Shown: positions 1 through 39,500, numbered from the stretch's first letter. The stretch is DNA of 64,000 bases from Chrysomallon squamiferum (GCA_012295275.1 CM022679.1:25234001-25298000); one strand, 5' to 3'. Numbers and translations: made by a program. Notes: a model not told the origin generated them from the letters alone.

Positions 1-10974
<10,974 letters not shown>

Positions 10975-11099
10975 TTTGGTTTGGAACACTTTCGCCACTA
11001 TTGCTTCCTTTTCTCTTGTTCCTGTGCTGTTGTATTTTTTGACTTTTTTGTATTATTCCGACGTCAAATGAAAAGTACCGCTGACAGGGTAACTAGCTT

Positions 11100-11140
11100 T
11101 AATAACAGAGGATAAAAACATAGGAAATTTTTATATATCC
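11100..11140 (-). promoter_or_regulatory. Putative TATA box (TATATAAAA) of copy A
   Basis: ttttatata at about 11129-11137 reads TATATAAAA on minus, about 155 nt upstream of the exon-1 ATG; the same motif is at the equivalent position in B (about 32320-32328). Confidence 0.45.
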
Positions 11141-12058
11141 CTTTCTTTCATATATTTAATTAGAATTAAAATGAAAATGAAAATATGGCAACTTAGATAA
11201 ATATAAAGGGCAAACAGTTCATCTTTTTAACACAAAGGTAAAAACTAATAACTGGGAAATAACAGCAAAAGTAATTACTGAGATAAATTGTACGATTGTA
11301 ATTTATTAACGCTAATAAAACAGAAACAAAAAGAAATTAAGAAAAACAAGAGCAAACTTTTATGAAAACAATAGATAGATGTTAGATAACTGTAGGCGTT
11401 AACGGTTTTCCTAATTTATTTTAATAATAAACATTTTAATTACTACAATATTTTCTATTTCATTAAAAACCGTGTGTTTCTATTGGTATTCTAATGATAT
11501 TCAACAAAACGTTTTACGCGTTTGATGTCAGATAACCTAAAACATTTTCATTTTAATAATTCTTCTCGAGCAAATCCTTTTTACGATATTTAAATTGTTG
11601 TAGATTTTTTGTTTTAAACATTAAACTAAACAAATAAATACTAAATAACAGGTTAATTTTTATCTTTCAACAAAGGTTAAAATATCTGTTTTACGGAAAA
11701 CGGTAACCGTTGTAAAAGCTCTTTGTTTCTGTTGTTTTTGCAATGTATATTTAAAAAGAAAATAAAAATCATAAATACTTTTTTGTAGCTAGAAAATAAA
11801 CAAAAGTAAATAATACAGCACGTATGCATACATACACAGACATATATGCAAACTGACGTACACAGAAATATATAATACCGAAACTGTTTTAGTTATAATC
11901 TCTTTAGAGATAACAAAGTAACTCCCAAAACCCTCCATAAAATAATAATAAAACTAATAATAAAAAATAACAAAAAAACATAAATGGTGTTCTAGTTACC
12001 AGATAAATAAATTGATTTGAAATAAAAATTTAAAACCAGGCAATAATGGTTACATTAT

Positions 12059-13384
12059 TTCAAAATTACTTTTACTTCGCCACCATGCTGTAACATCAGA
12101 AGGTAATTTATCTATCACAGATATTATTTCTCCAACCTACTGCCAAAATAAATTAAAAATTTAACATTGAAACTGATTTTTTTATAAACATTTAATTAGT
12201 GTTTGTTTCTTCAGTTTATTTTATTAATTTGCTTATTTTTTATTATTTAGAATAAAGCATTTAAAAAAAAAGAATATAATTTTTTTTTTAATAATTAAAA
12301 TTGTTCTTTCTTCTTCTTTTATTATTAATTTTTTAATGTGTCAATATTTAATTTAATGTAATACAATTTAAGCAGTACTGTATACAAATAAATCATTAGT
12401 TTAAGCTGAACAAAAACAATTTGAAATTGTGAAAACCTCAATTGTAATTTCATCTGCTGTCTGAGCAGTGTATCGCTTGATGACGCGGGAGTCGGTTTCC
12501 AAGATTATCCATCTGGGAAAAACAATTAAAAATTTCTCCTTAGTAAAGCGAATTCTTTAAAAGAAATATGATTTTGCTAGTGATGAAAATACTACCTCAA
12601 ACCATTTCAGAACTGTAGCACAGCTTATCAAGCAGGTAGCTACATTTGAAAATTGCTTCAAATATTGATTCAGGAATTTCATCGTCTCCTGCATTTCAAT
12701 AAATTCTGAATGAAATTTTATGATTTAACAACAGTCCATATTAAATATAATCTATGTAGGCTATAATTGCAACTCAAAATATTATAAAATCACCATCAAA
12801 TCAAACATTAAAAATGAGACAACTGTGAAAGGTGATATAATACAGATTAAAATATTTAAGTTTAAACAGTTAAAACATTTTAATTATCACCTAATTCATT
12901 ATTAAAAAATAAAGAGTGTAGTAAATAGTTAACAGAATGAGAAAAACATTGTTAGTCAGGAGTTTGATTCATTTGACCATAAATATTTTATTTTGTTTTA
13001 AAATTAGTCAGTATATTAATAGCTTTGAACAATACCTCTTAACAATAAGGATTGTATCCTAGAATCAGCTTTGATACAAAACTGAAATAAGCTTGAGCTT
13101 ATATTTATGTTTATTGCAATTTTTATTAATGCAAAATAATATTTTTTGAAGTCATTTATTACCTGTTCTGACTTATATTGTTCTTCATCAGGAGACAGCA
13201 TGGGCAAGTGACTAAATTTCCTGTCATAAACACACTCATGAAGCTGACGATCAAGATCACAGAAGTCATTATAGGTTCGATGTACAGTCCATTTCTTTTT
13301 CCCTGACATCACTTCAACCCAGTATACATGTTCCCTGACATCATTCTCATTGTGAAGGCTTTTGTCATTTTCACACAAATTTAA
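12059..13384 (-). pseudogene. Unprocessed partial pseudogene of an ARHGAP32/33 (PX-RICS/CdGAPr)-like RhoGAP, PX and SH3 exons only
   Basis: Exons about 13384-13163 (VYWVEVMSGKKKWTVHRTYNDFCDLDRQLHECVYDRKFSHLP), 12688-12596 (QYLKQFSNVATCLISCATVLKWFE), 12512-12437 (MDNLGNRLP / VIKRYTAQTADEITIE, internal deletion and frameshift), 12136-12059 (VGEIISVIDKLPSDVTAWWRSKSNFE). Matches my recollection of the ARHGAP32/33 PX-SH3 region; first acceptor reads CGG and last donor reads AT. Confidence 0.8.
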
Positions 13385-13806
13385 CCGAGCAATAAATTAT
13401 TAAAGCGTTTAGTGTATGATTTTTATTTTTATACTCATATGCAAACATTATATATAATAAATAAAATTTATGACAATTTTCAGAAAAGCAAATATATTTT
13501 AAACCTTTATTTTTTAACTAATAATAAAATTCGTAAAATATGAAAACGATAATTCGATATATTTCAGTCGTAAAGAGAAATGTTCAAAACAATAAATAAT
13601 TCTGGCATCGTAGATTATAAAAGGAGAAAAGACGATAAGAAATTAAAAAAAAAAAAAATTATAATTAAAATCCCCACATTACATTTACAGGAATTAAGTA
13701 ATATTCTTGAAAGTTATATGTCTACATAGCAGTTTTATAGTAGAGTATTTAATTATCCAAATAGTATACTGTAACTCGATAAAAAAAAAAAAAAAAATGA
13801 TGATAA

Positions 13807-13846
<40 letters not shown>

Positions 13847-14276
13847 TATAATAATAATTGTTAAAATAATAAAAATAAAAATAAAAACAAACAAACAACA
13901 AAAAAATTCTGGTAGGCAGAATATTGTGGATGAGATTAACATGCAAGCAGTTGTCGTTTTCAGTAATTATTATTATATTTTTGAAAGAAGTGCTTGGCAG
14001 AGAATGTCGCACGAAGTTTACTACTAAAGCACAATGATACAGTGTTTGCTATGTGTTTTACATCTGTTATTGTATAATCTGCATATTGATTCTTTGCGCT
14101 ACAGTTGTAGTTGATGAATTTATGGAAAATTTAGTTATATTTTGGAGGAAGTTTTGAATAAAATTATTATTTATGTGAAATAACAGATGCGTTTGTATGC
14201 AATCCCAATTACTTGAGGAATATATAATTTGTTGGCTTTAGAGCATTTGCTTCTTTTAAGCTTTTAAAAAAAAATA

Positions 14277-14318
<42 letters not shown>

Positions 14319-15790
14319 TAAAAAATAAATAATAATATAAAAATTGTTATTATCGTTTATCATAGTTTAAGACGTGGTAGACGCATGACGGTGATGTTGG
14401 TTCTAATTTAGGATACCTCTACTCAGAAGAGTGCAACGGCCCTGGGGTGAGGGAAATCCAGTCAAAGAGTGAAAATAAAATTATTGTTATTATTATATTT
14501 GTTTTTGAAATCTGAAATTACCTATGCTGACTAAGTTGTAAAGAAAGATATTCTTTCTTTCTTTCTTTTACGCCATTTATCTGTCTCCTTATAGTTATTT
14601 TTATCATGTTCAGTGATTCAGAATATTATATTTTTATTCAAATTGTGCCATAACACCAACGCAAATTTTTCGGTTGCCATCCATAACTTATCTTGCTATC
14701 TCTTTGTGCCTTTCTAATAAATATCACTGTTCACTGATCATACTGAATAATGAAAATAAAAAAACATTTTAAAAATGTTTTAAATTATGACCTCCGTCAA
14801 CAGAAAAATTCTGGGCATAGTTGTTTTTGCATAATCATGCAATATTTCGTGGTCAGTATTATGTATTATTTATTCAGTATTATGTTAATTTAACCGTTTC
14901 ATAACTTTTGAACTAGAAAGGCCACTGCAAGATATATGAAGAAACAACAAAAAAAAAAAAAAAACCCACAAAAAAACACAATAAAAACCATAAACAAAAC
15001 AACAAAGCAATAAAACAACAAGAAAAAAAAAAAAACTATAAGGAAAAAATAACAAAAACTAAAATACAGAAGCAAATAATTATTTTATTAATATATTTAT
15101 TATTATTATTATTATTATGATTATTATTATTCACTTAAAAATATACATTTTGTGCTTACCATAACCAGGATATATAAATACTTAATAAATAAATATTTGT
15201 CATTGCAGCCATCAAAAAAGACATCCAAGGTGGAAAAAAAATACAGTTAATGTTAAATCAGAAACAGTGTCCTTGGTATTTCTTCGATTTTTTAATAATT
15301 TATAAACGTGACAGAACTAAAGTCGTTGTCATTTTCATTGATTCAGTAATATTCATTTATAACTTGAAATGAACCTTTTGCAAAAACAATAACATTAAGA
15401 AAAAATATTAAAAATAATAAAAAATAAAAATAAAAATAATAATAATAATAACAAAATTTAAGAAAAAAAGAATAAAAGAAAAATGTATATCTACAGTTGA
15501 AAAAAAATTACTTCTAAAGTTCCAATTACTAAAGCTAATGTAAACCATTACACGAATACAAATAGGTAACAAAAAGAAATTTCGCATTAAACCTAAATCT
15601 TGTAAGGACATCACATACCAAGGCTTTAAGCTGTGTCCTACCTCTTCACAACCAGGTAATATAGTTATTTACTTAGGCTGCTTTTGTTCTGATCAGATAT
15701 TTCAGTTTATGTGTAGATGATTGACATACATTTAATAACTAAGATAGAACCAGAGACTGACTGACACGCTACAGGACAATATAAATAAAG

Positions 15791-16351
15791 CTAAAGAACA
15801 CCCGACAAGTACAGAAGAAGAATGCCAAGAGCTTGCAAATGTTTTAAATAAATCCAACGCTGAGCAGAAGAAACTGAGAACAGAGAAAAGAGAACAGATA
15901 AAAAAACTGAGGCTGGAATATCTTCACCAAATGTTGTATTAGTGCTGGATGTCATGTCTTCACCAAATGTTGTATTAGTGCTGGATGTCATGTTTTCTTC
16001 ACCAAATGTTGTATTAGTGCTGGATGTCATGTCTTCACCAAATGTTGTATTAGTGCTGGATGTCATGTCTTCACCAAATGTTGTATTAGTGCTGGATGTC
16101 ATGTCTTCACCAAATGTTGTATTAGTGCTGGATGTCATGTCTTCACCAAATGTTGTATTAGTGCTGGATGTCATGTCTTCACCAAATGTTGTATTAGTGC
16201 TGGATGTCATGTCTTCACCAAATGTTGTATTAGTGCTGGATGTCATGTCTTCACCAAATGTTGTATTAGTGCTGGATGTCATGTCTTCACCAAATGTTGT
16301 ATTAGTGCTGGATGTCATGTTTTGTAGTTTACAAAAGTCGACAGAAACCAC
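15791..16351 (-). CDS. Candidate terminal exon: (MTSSTNTTFGED)x11 plus hydrophobic C-terminus
   Basis: 186-aa minus-strand ORF with an NTT sequon per repeat, frame-preserving indel, and C-terminal hydrophobic stretches ASVFLSVLFSLFSV and ALGILLLYLSGVL*. No splice partner established. Confidence 0.3.
   Translation of the reverse strand: MVSVDFCKLQNMTSSTNTTFGEDMTSSTNTTFGEDMTSSTNTTFGEDMTSSTNTTFGEDMTSSTNTTFGEDMTSSTNTTFGEDMTSSTNTTFGEDMTSSTNTTFGEDMTSSTNTTFGEENMTSSTNTTFGEDMTSSTNTTFGEDIPASVFLSVLFSLFSVSSAQRWIYLKHLQALGILLLYLSGVL
15921..16319. repeat. 36-bp minisatellite, 11 near-identical copies
   Basis: Unit tcttcaccaaatgttgtattagtgctggatgtcatg; one junction carries a 3-nt (ttt) insertion. Confidence 0.95.
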
Positions 16352-17239
16352 TAACAGCTGCTTTTAAAACCACCTTTACATATTGAATAGAATATTTAAA
16401 ATAAATATATATTCCATTTAATTTTATTACTGATGCCTCTGTATTATTACTAAAAAAAAATGTTGTATCCCTCTTGTTGTTTCAGATATGATGTTAACTA
16501 GTACGGCAGCATCATGAATATTTGATGCATATAGGATTGTGGTCCGGATGAGATCATTGGTTGCACTTTGTTAAATCTTCTAACTTTTTAAGTTTTTTAA
16601 AAACATTGTCTCGCCTATTCATTTTATATATATGCAAGTGGGAGAATCTGATTTTATTTTTCATAATTCTTTTGGCATAATTCATAAGGTAAAAAAAAAC
16701 ACCAAAACATTAATAATAATAAAAATAATAATATTTCTTCTGTTACATTAAATAATATAGTAAATCAGGAAACGTTTAGCTGATGGAGTTAGGTTCATTT
16801 TCTGGAGTTTTGATCCTTATTATCAGATATAAGATATCAAAAATTATTTCGGGAACTGCATGAAAGATCTGACAGTATTGTATTAAAGCCACAGTTATTT
16901 GCTCCATTTACACTGAATTTAGATAAATTAGACTGAAACTGTTTTCGTTATGGTAATACATTATGAATCTGAAATATCAATTTAAAATAATTGATTCAGT
17001 AATATTTTGAAATTACAACTAACCAGAGAGTAAGAACATTAAATAAAATAATAAACGTACGGACTATTCCGCTGTTGCTGCAGTTCTAAAACATACCTAA
17101 GCACATTTTATCAACTTGTATATGATTGTGTTTAATTAAACTTTAAGTGTTTAACATTAACTTTATAACAAAGTACCAAGATTGATGTTATAAAAACAAT
17201 TGAAGAAGTAAAACCTAAAATTATAACATCATTCATTAA

Positions 17240-18294
17240 ACAAGTTTTCAAACAAAGCATCCAGTGACATTGATTAAATCCACCATCATGACCTTTCTTG
17301 CTGTCGATGCTATAGTGCTGACTCTCTCTGATGTCGATGTTACGGTTGTTAGAAAAGTGGTGGAAATTGTTGAAGACGTCGCACTGCTAGGTGTGGTCGC
17401 TGAAATGGAAGGTTCCTTCGTAGGTTGTTACTATGGTTGCTGTCGGTGTTGTAGTCACGGTTGTCTCTGTTGTGGTTCTTGTAGTTTTTGCGGGAGCTGT
17501 CGTGGAAATTGCGGTCCATGGACTCCTAGAAGTACAAACGGAAGTTAAAGATTACGGAAGAGATGTGGTTGATGCTGTCGATGCTGCCGTGCTGTTTGTC
17601 TCTCATGTCGAGGTTTCTGTTGTAGGAGCAGTCGTGGAAATTGTTCAAAACGTCGCATTGCTAGGAGTGGTCGCCGAGGTGAAAGATTACTTCGTACTGG
17701 CTGCTGTCTCTGTTGTGGTTGATGTATTTGTTGTGGAAGCTGTCGTGGAAATTGTTGTAGATGGACTGCTTGAAGTAGAAACGGAAGTGGAAGATTCAGG
17801 AGTAGTCACGGTTGATTCTGTGGTTGCTGTCGGTGTTGTAGTGACGGTTGTTTCGGTGGTTGCTGTCGGTTTTATAGTGACGGTTGTTTCTGTGGTTGCT
17901 GTCGGCGTTGTAGTGACGGTTGATTCTGTGGTTGCTGTCGGAGTGGTAGTGACGGTTGTTTTTTCGGTGGTTGCTGTCGGTTTTATAGTGACGGTTGTTT
18001 CTGTGGTTGCTGTCGGCGTTGTAGTGACGGTTGATTCTGTGGTTGCTGTCGGTGTTGTAGTGACGGTTGATTATGTGGCTTCTGTCGGTGTTGTAGTGAC
18101 GGTTGTTTCTGTGGCTGCTGTCGGTGTTGTAGTGATGGTTGATTCTGTGGCTGCTGTCGGTGTTGTAGTGACGGTTGATTCTGTGGTTGCTGTCGGTGTT
18201 GTAGTGACGGTTGTTTCTGTGGCTGCTGTCGGTGTTGTAGTGACGGTTGATTCTGTGGTTGCTGTCGGTGTTGTAGTGACGGTTGATTCTGGGG
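17240..18294 (-). pseudogene. Decayed continuation of the copy B mucin tail beyond its current stop
   Basis: Same 36-bp and longer Thr-rich units but with a frameshift at about 18298, in-frame GAA>TAA stops at 18071-18073, 17687-17689 and 17552-17554, and a 5-nt deletion near 17421. Confidence 0.75.
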
Positions 18295-32176
<13,882 letters not shown>

Positions 32177-34064
32177 TTTGGTTTGAAACCCTTTAGCCGC
32201 TATTTCTTCCTTATCACTTGTTCCTGTGGGTTTCTGTTTTGTATTGTTCTGAACTCAAATGAAAAGTACCGCTGACAGAGTAACTGGTTTTAATAATGGA
32301 GGATCAAGTCATGGGGCAGTTTTATATAAAATTAAGATGTGGCAGCTTATGTAAATAAAACAAACGTCATCACTGCCTCGGTCTGACACAAAGTCAAAAT
32401 CTGATAACTGGGAAATAACATCAAAGATAATTACTGAGGTAAATTGTACGATTGTAATTTATTTAACGCTAATAAAACAGAAACAAAAAGAAATTAAGAA
32501 AAACAGGAACGATTTATTATGAAAACAATGGACAGATGATAGATAAATGTAGGCGTTAACAGTTTTCCTAATTCATTTTAATAATAAACATTTTAATTAC
32601 CTCAGTATTTTCTATTTCATTAAAAACCGTGTGTTTCTATTGCAATTCTAACGATATTCAATAAAACTTTTTACGAGTTTGACGTGAGATACTCTTTTTG
32701 CACCGTACATTAAACCAAACAAAAATATAGAAGGTATGCATGTAATCAACATTTATTCATTTCATAAAAAAAGAAGACTTTTTTGGCAGAAATTATGGAA
32801 TTAGAAAAAACGTCATATGAATAATATCACTGAAAAACAATTGAAATCGAGATCGATTCTGTAATCCACTGCCGTATACAATTTCTTAATTACATATAAT
32901 TTTTTATATATTTATTTATTTATTTCATTTTATTTTATATAATTTTATTTTATTTTGTTTGGTTTTTTTCATTTTCATTTATGTGTGTGTGTGTGTCTTT
33001 TTTGTTGTTCTTATTTAATAGCATATTCATTTATTATCTTTTTATTTGATTTTGTATTTTGATATAATTTTCAGAGGCATTTTTAAAACAGTAACCGCTC
33101 TATTGTTTTTGCAACATACATCAAAACAAAACAAAAAAACACCAAAATAATAATACTGAAAAATAATTGAAATAATTTAATGTGACAGAGCGGGTGTCAG
33201 TTGATGTTTTAGAGGTTCTCATGATCACCCATCTGTCATCCACTCCTATATACAATTTCTTAATTATATTTATTTATTTACGTATTATTATTATAATTTG
33301 TTTTTTTTTTATTTAATTGCATGTTTATTTATTATCTTTCTATTTTATTTTGTATTTGGATATTATTTTCAGAGGCATTAGATAAAAGTACTTTATTACA
33401 AAACGCTGGTTAAACGATCCAGTATTGCTTACTTTCTTAAACAGCAGCTCCTTTTAAGAAAGAAACCGTTTTTTAATTCGCATAAACATTCAAACTTAAG
33501 TAATGGTAAATAAGTATGTAAATGAAAACTTTATTCGTGATTTTATTCACAGAATGCACATTTCTTAGAATTTAATAGCTGTATCACTACTAATCCCTCC
33601 ACTGTATTTAACAGATATACATAGTTTAAAAATAATGCACACATAATATACATCATGTCCAAATTTAAATTTGTCCGTCTGTTCGCACATACATAGATAC
33701 AGACACACTGACAGGCCGAGAGTCTCTGAGACAGACAGAAATCGAGACAGGCAAATAAATGAACAGATGTAGATTAATTTATAGACAAAAACATTAATTA
33801 ACTGATGACTCAATCACAAGTCTACTTTTTAATCGACTGACCGATTGACGGAATCATCTATTCATTCATACATTTAGACGTCGACTGATTCAACACCAAA
33901 AGATCTTTGTTTTTGTTAGTTTATTCATTTATTGATTAATCCAGTAGCATATATTACATAATGTTATAGGTAAACCATAATGACGGTTTCAACATACAAA
34001 TATATGCATATATAAATTTTTGAACCAGTGATGAGAATAAAAGATTAATCTCTTTCAAATATGC

Positions 34065-34187
34065 CTATGCATGAAGTCCCATTATCAAGATAGTCAGATT
34101 TTCATCCACACGTAAAAGATCCTTCGGTGTTTCTGCATATAGCATTGGAATAACAGTTATGAGAACCACTAAGGCATTCGTCGATTT
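34065..34187 (-). pseudogene. Dead cbEGF exon, mirror copy of 40587-40707
   Basis: [40 protein letters not shown]; Cys5 codon is TGA and the donor reads GC. Confidence 0.8.
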
Positions 34188-35689
34188 CTATAATGGGATA
34201 ATAAAAAGTCCGAGACAGTATCAATCAAAAGAGTTTTGTGGGTATAATCTGGTAAAAAGGTATTCTAACATCATACGTTCTTATCATTTTCTTACTTACA
34301 AGTACTATGACTAGGACTAGATATCCAAATGTGTGCTACATATACGACTAGCTTGTCGAAAAGAAAATACGACTGAGATACATAATCAAGTATTTGATTA
34401 CAGAGAGCATAAATCTGAAGAAAAAAAAATATATTAATTAGTCTGTCCGGAATTTTGACTGTTTGGACATTCATTAAAGACAATATTATTGAAATCTGCT
34501 ATATGAGTATGTGTATGTGTGTGAGACTTTTAATTTTTTTTTTTTTTTTTTTTTTTGACTTACGTATCTGTATTTTTCTCTCACTGAAAGTGCATGTCTG
34601 CGACTGTGATAGATGAAAAATACTGAATCTGGTATATTCCTGTAAAGTATACTCCAGTATCAGGTGTTGTCGTCACTTTATTGTTTGCAGGTTTTATGAT
34701 ACGATTAGCGATCAGAATATATGTTATATTTAGGACTGCCTTTTAGTTTGTCTCTGTTTTGGAAAAGAAAAGAACGACTATGATGTATATATTTATTCAA
34801 TAAAGTCAGTAGTATTCAAAGTTTCGGTATATGTGTGTGTGTTGTTGTTGTTTTGTTTGTTTCTCTGTGCGTCATTAAGTGCATGTCTAGAATGGATGGT
34901 TGATGAACTGAAGAGTTAACAGAATTAAAGATTAATTAGTTATTAATGGCATAAGTTGTAGAATTAGTAATTTACGTCATAGTAGTACCTATTAATTTTA
35001 TATAGCTTACGTACTCGCTTTAATAAAATAACGAAGTTAATGAAAGAACTGACATAGTATGTATCCTTTACTGCCTTGTTTAAATTATGTAACCAAAATA
35101 GAAAAATGAATTGGATGTTGTCTATGTCAATTTTTTCGGTAAAAAGCTTTTTCAGAAATCGCTACATCTTCTTTTTATATATATATATATATATATGTGT
35201 GTGTATTTCAAACAACAAAACAGGTTAATATATTGTATACAATTAACATTTGCATATTAATGTCATTAATTATTTTTATATATATATAGATGTGTGTGTT
35301 TTTTTTTCAAATAACAAAACAGGTTAATATATTGTATACAATTAACATTTGCATATTAATGTAATTAATTATTTTTTTATTTTATTTTTCTTTTTTTATT
35401 AATGAAATAAGGTTTGGTAACGAAAAAAAAAAAAACCACAAAAAATAACAAAAACAAAACACATAACTAATAGCAATAGTTTGTAGCAATAACAATAACA
35501 TTAATAATAATAATAATAATGTTTGTCTTGAATTTAATTTATATTCAGTAACAGGAGTTCTGTTAGAACTTCAATTATTACATTCAAATTAGCATAGTAT
35601 TTGTTTCACGTTATTGTCTGTGAGTGGACTCTATTCATCTTTCATTCTAACATTTGTAAAAGCAATTGTTTGAATTAATTTTATTGATG

Positions 35690-35754
<65 letters not shown>

Positions 35755-36519
35755 AGCTGCTGCTGTTTTTGTTTGTTTTTCTTTTGTCAGTTGTAATTTT
35801 GAATTTTATTATTATTATTATTTGTTTATTTATTTTATTTATTTATTTTTTTTGTTTTTTTTTTTTTTTTGCTGATACTGTTCAGTTATCGAGGATTATT
35901 ATTCGTCAGTGTGTGTATGCGTGCATGCCTTTCCTACATATCTACGTGTATATGTGTCTGCGTCTGTCTCTATATGTGTATATGTGTCTGCGTCTGTCTC
36001 TATATGTGTATATGGGAATTTAGAAATAAATACGTGAATGTTTGTTTGTGTGTTTATGTAAGCATGTATTGTTGCGTGTGAGTTTATATAAGCATGTATT
36101 TTTGCATGTGTGTATATGTGTATGTGTGTATTTATCTATATATGTAGGTTTCGTGTGTGCATATTCTGTTGCGAAACGATATAAATTATTTGTTTCTATA
36201 GTCTTTCCTCACTTTTGTTTCTAATTAAAATGGAAATTAAATACTGTAATACAGTATTTCTATTTTACTAAAAATAATAAACAAAACAACAAACCCATTA
36301 TTTTTCTTTCTTTCTGAATGTGGCATTAACATTTTAAATGTTGAATTCTGCGGATGATTTACTGTTCTGTCAACAATCCTTGAATTCGTTTGTATATATC
36401 AACGAACGTCACACAAATATTTAAGTTGTTTCACTGAACAGCTGTGTTATACCAAAGACATAGCTAGAATCACACGGATCAAAACCACTGCTTATAAAAA
36501 CAAATTCCAGTCAACAGTT

Positions 36520-39500
36520 ATGATGGTAAGCTGCTTAATTAATTAGAAAATATAATTATCTTATTTAAATATTTTGAAAATAATTTTGCAGTCTATAAAT
36601 TTTGCTTTTATATTATTATATTTTAAAATGCTGCAATATAAATATTTGTACATTTAAGTTGCACATTATTTAGCATATTTCTTAATATCCATATTTAACA
36701 TCAGTATTAAATAAGTTTTCAGTATTTATTAGTTCAAATTATTCAAATCCTCAGTTTCTCACTTAAACACTTTTGTTTTCGTATGTTCACATCGTAACGT
36801 TTTAGAGTAGAGATATATCAAACCTTTCCATACCTCAAAGTACACTTTCAATTCAATTCAGGTGTATTATCGGGGAAGTCATGTCGTGCTGATGATGATA
36901 CTAAATGTTTTGTCTGTGACGAAGTCGACAACTGAAGGTGCTTTTTACTTAATTAATTCAGCGTACAGTCCTACGATACGTACGTCAGAGTTTAAGTATG
37001 TGCATAATGCATATACATGATACGTACATGAAAACGCTCATTGGATGTTAAATATTACTGCTCTCTGTTAGAAATTTGACACAAACCATACTAAACTTCA
37101 GGACGTTTTATTTATTTTTATAGATATCGGTGAATGCCGTAGTGGTATTGATACCTGCGACTCCAATGCGCTTTGCACATATATATATATCTTCGTCGTT
37201 TTTTTCTTCTCCAAAGAAGAGACAGACTCAAAGGCAATCCTAAATATAACATATCATCTGATCGCTAATCGTAAACTAATCGTAAACTACTTGTAAACAA
37301 TAAATTGATAACAACACGTCATACTGAAGTACTCTTTACAGGAATATACCGCAGAACTCTTTTGATTTATACTTTTTAATCTCTCCTTTATAGATATTCG
37401 TGAATATCTTAGTGGTATTGACACCTGTGATTCCAATGCTATCTGCATAATCACAGAAGGTTCTTTCAGGTGTAAGTGCAAATCTGGCTTTGTCGGAAAT
37501 GGCTTCTCATGCACAGGTACCAACTGAATTATTAGTATGTTTAATGTGTCAGTCATTAATCATTCAATAAGTTAGTCAATCATTGAACTGGTGTTTCAGT
37601 TAGTAGGTAAAACAAGCAGCAATGATATACAAACAGCGAACCAGTCTTCATAAAATTATTTATTTTTGATGTGAATTAATCATTAAATCTGTTAACTTTT
37701 CATCCATCCATTCTAGACACGCATAGAGAAACAAACAACAAATAAACACATCGCAGCTTTGAATACTACTGTCTTTACTGAATATTCAAATAATGGAAAA
37801 TTTCTGTAATTAATAACTGATATATATATCTGTGTTGTTCGTTTTTCTTCGAAAAGCAGACAGACACAAACCCAGTCTGTAAAAAAAAACCCAGCGTTTT
37901 AAATACAATTTATTGTTTTTACGTATATTTCTTTTTGTGTGTGGATATTTATACATTTATTTAAACGAGAATATGTCTGCATTCATGACATTATTCCCAC
38001 TTTATAGATGTGAATGAATGTGACAGAGGTATTCATAACTGTGTTTCTGCTGCTCAGTGCGTAAACACTAAAGGATCGTTTACGTGTGTGTGCAAGCATG
38101 GCTTTGAAGGAAATGGCATATCATGCACAGGTAAGTTCCTAACTGCTACCATTGAACTTTCCGTCAACATTGTATAAAAACCATCCTATATAATCTGTAT
38201 GCATATATTACTCGCTGCTGCTTCTTACCAATCTATCTCAGAAAGAATACTAACATTTCGCATATCAATCAGTAAGTGCGTGAGTGAATTAATCAGTAAA
38301 TTATTGAATCAGAATAAGATATTCCGCCATCGTTGGTGAAACATGCAGTTAATCAATCTATCTCAGAAAGAATACTAACATTTCGCTTATCAATAAGTAA
38401 GTGCGTGAGTGAATTAATCAGTAAATTATTGAATCAGAATAAGATATTCCGCCATCGTTGGTGAAACATGCAGTTAATCAATCTATCTCAGAAAGAATAC
38501 TAACATTTCGCTTATCAATAAGTAAGTGCGTGAGTGAATTAATCAGTAAATTATTGAATCAGAATAAGATATTCCGCCATCGTTGGTGAAACATGCAGTT
38601 AATCAATCTATCTCAGAAAGAATACTAACATTTCGCTTATCAATAAGTAAGTGCGTGAGTGAATTAATCAGTAAATTATTGAATCAGAATAAGATATTCC
38701 GCCATCGTTGGTGGAACATGCAGTTAACTAGACAGTGAATCAGTTTTTATAGAATTGTTTCTTATGCGTGAATGAATTAGCAAATCACACCCCACACACA
38801 CACGCACACTCACACACACACATGTATATATGTATCAACCTTTCGTTTCTCGTAGAAAAGGAGACAGACGCAAACCCAGTATATAAAAACAGTTTTGTAT
38901 ATTATAATCTATATATCTGTACCTCTTTGTGTGCATCTTTATAAATATATTTGAATCAGACTACTTTTTATTGATTGTTTTCTTTTATAGATGTCGATGA
39001 ATGTCTTAGAGGTACTCATAACTGTATTTCGACTGCTGACTGCGTAAACACTAAAGGTTCTTTTACGTGTGTGTGCAAATATGGTTTTGTTGTAAATGGA
39101 AACTCCTGCAAAGGTACGATCTGGACAATTTCCATTTTGCTGTCCATAAAGAGGTCGTTGTATTGTACGAGCTATATGTCTGTATTTTATCTGATGATAT
39201 TGATAAAGTCATCACTGTTAGAATATACACTTTCAGCGAAACAAACACAGTCACGTTATTCAGAAAGAGAAACACAGATACACATACACAAACACAAAAC
39301 AAAAATCCAAACAAATGAAAACACATATATGTTCTCCTTATTTGAATGTTCAAATTTCGAAAAGGTTCACTTAGACTGAATAATATTTTGTTTCTCAAGT
39401 TTATGCTTACTTTGATTAAATAATTGATATGTGTCGCAGAACTATTATACATCCTGCGAAAACTAAAGTCTATATAAAATTAATGTTTTCGTATATTTGT

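Noticed and set aside
15921-16319. 36-bp repeat array resembling CRISPR repeat length
   Set aside because: Head-to-tail units with no unique spacers, no cas genes, and eukaryotic intron-exon context.
38230-38727. 125-bp repeat as a possible ncRNA or exon array
   Set aside because: No recognisable RNA gene motif or conserved reading frame; best treated as an intronic minisatellite.
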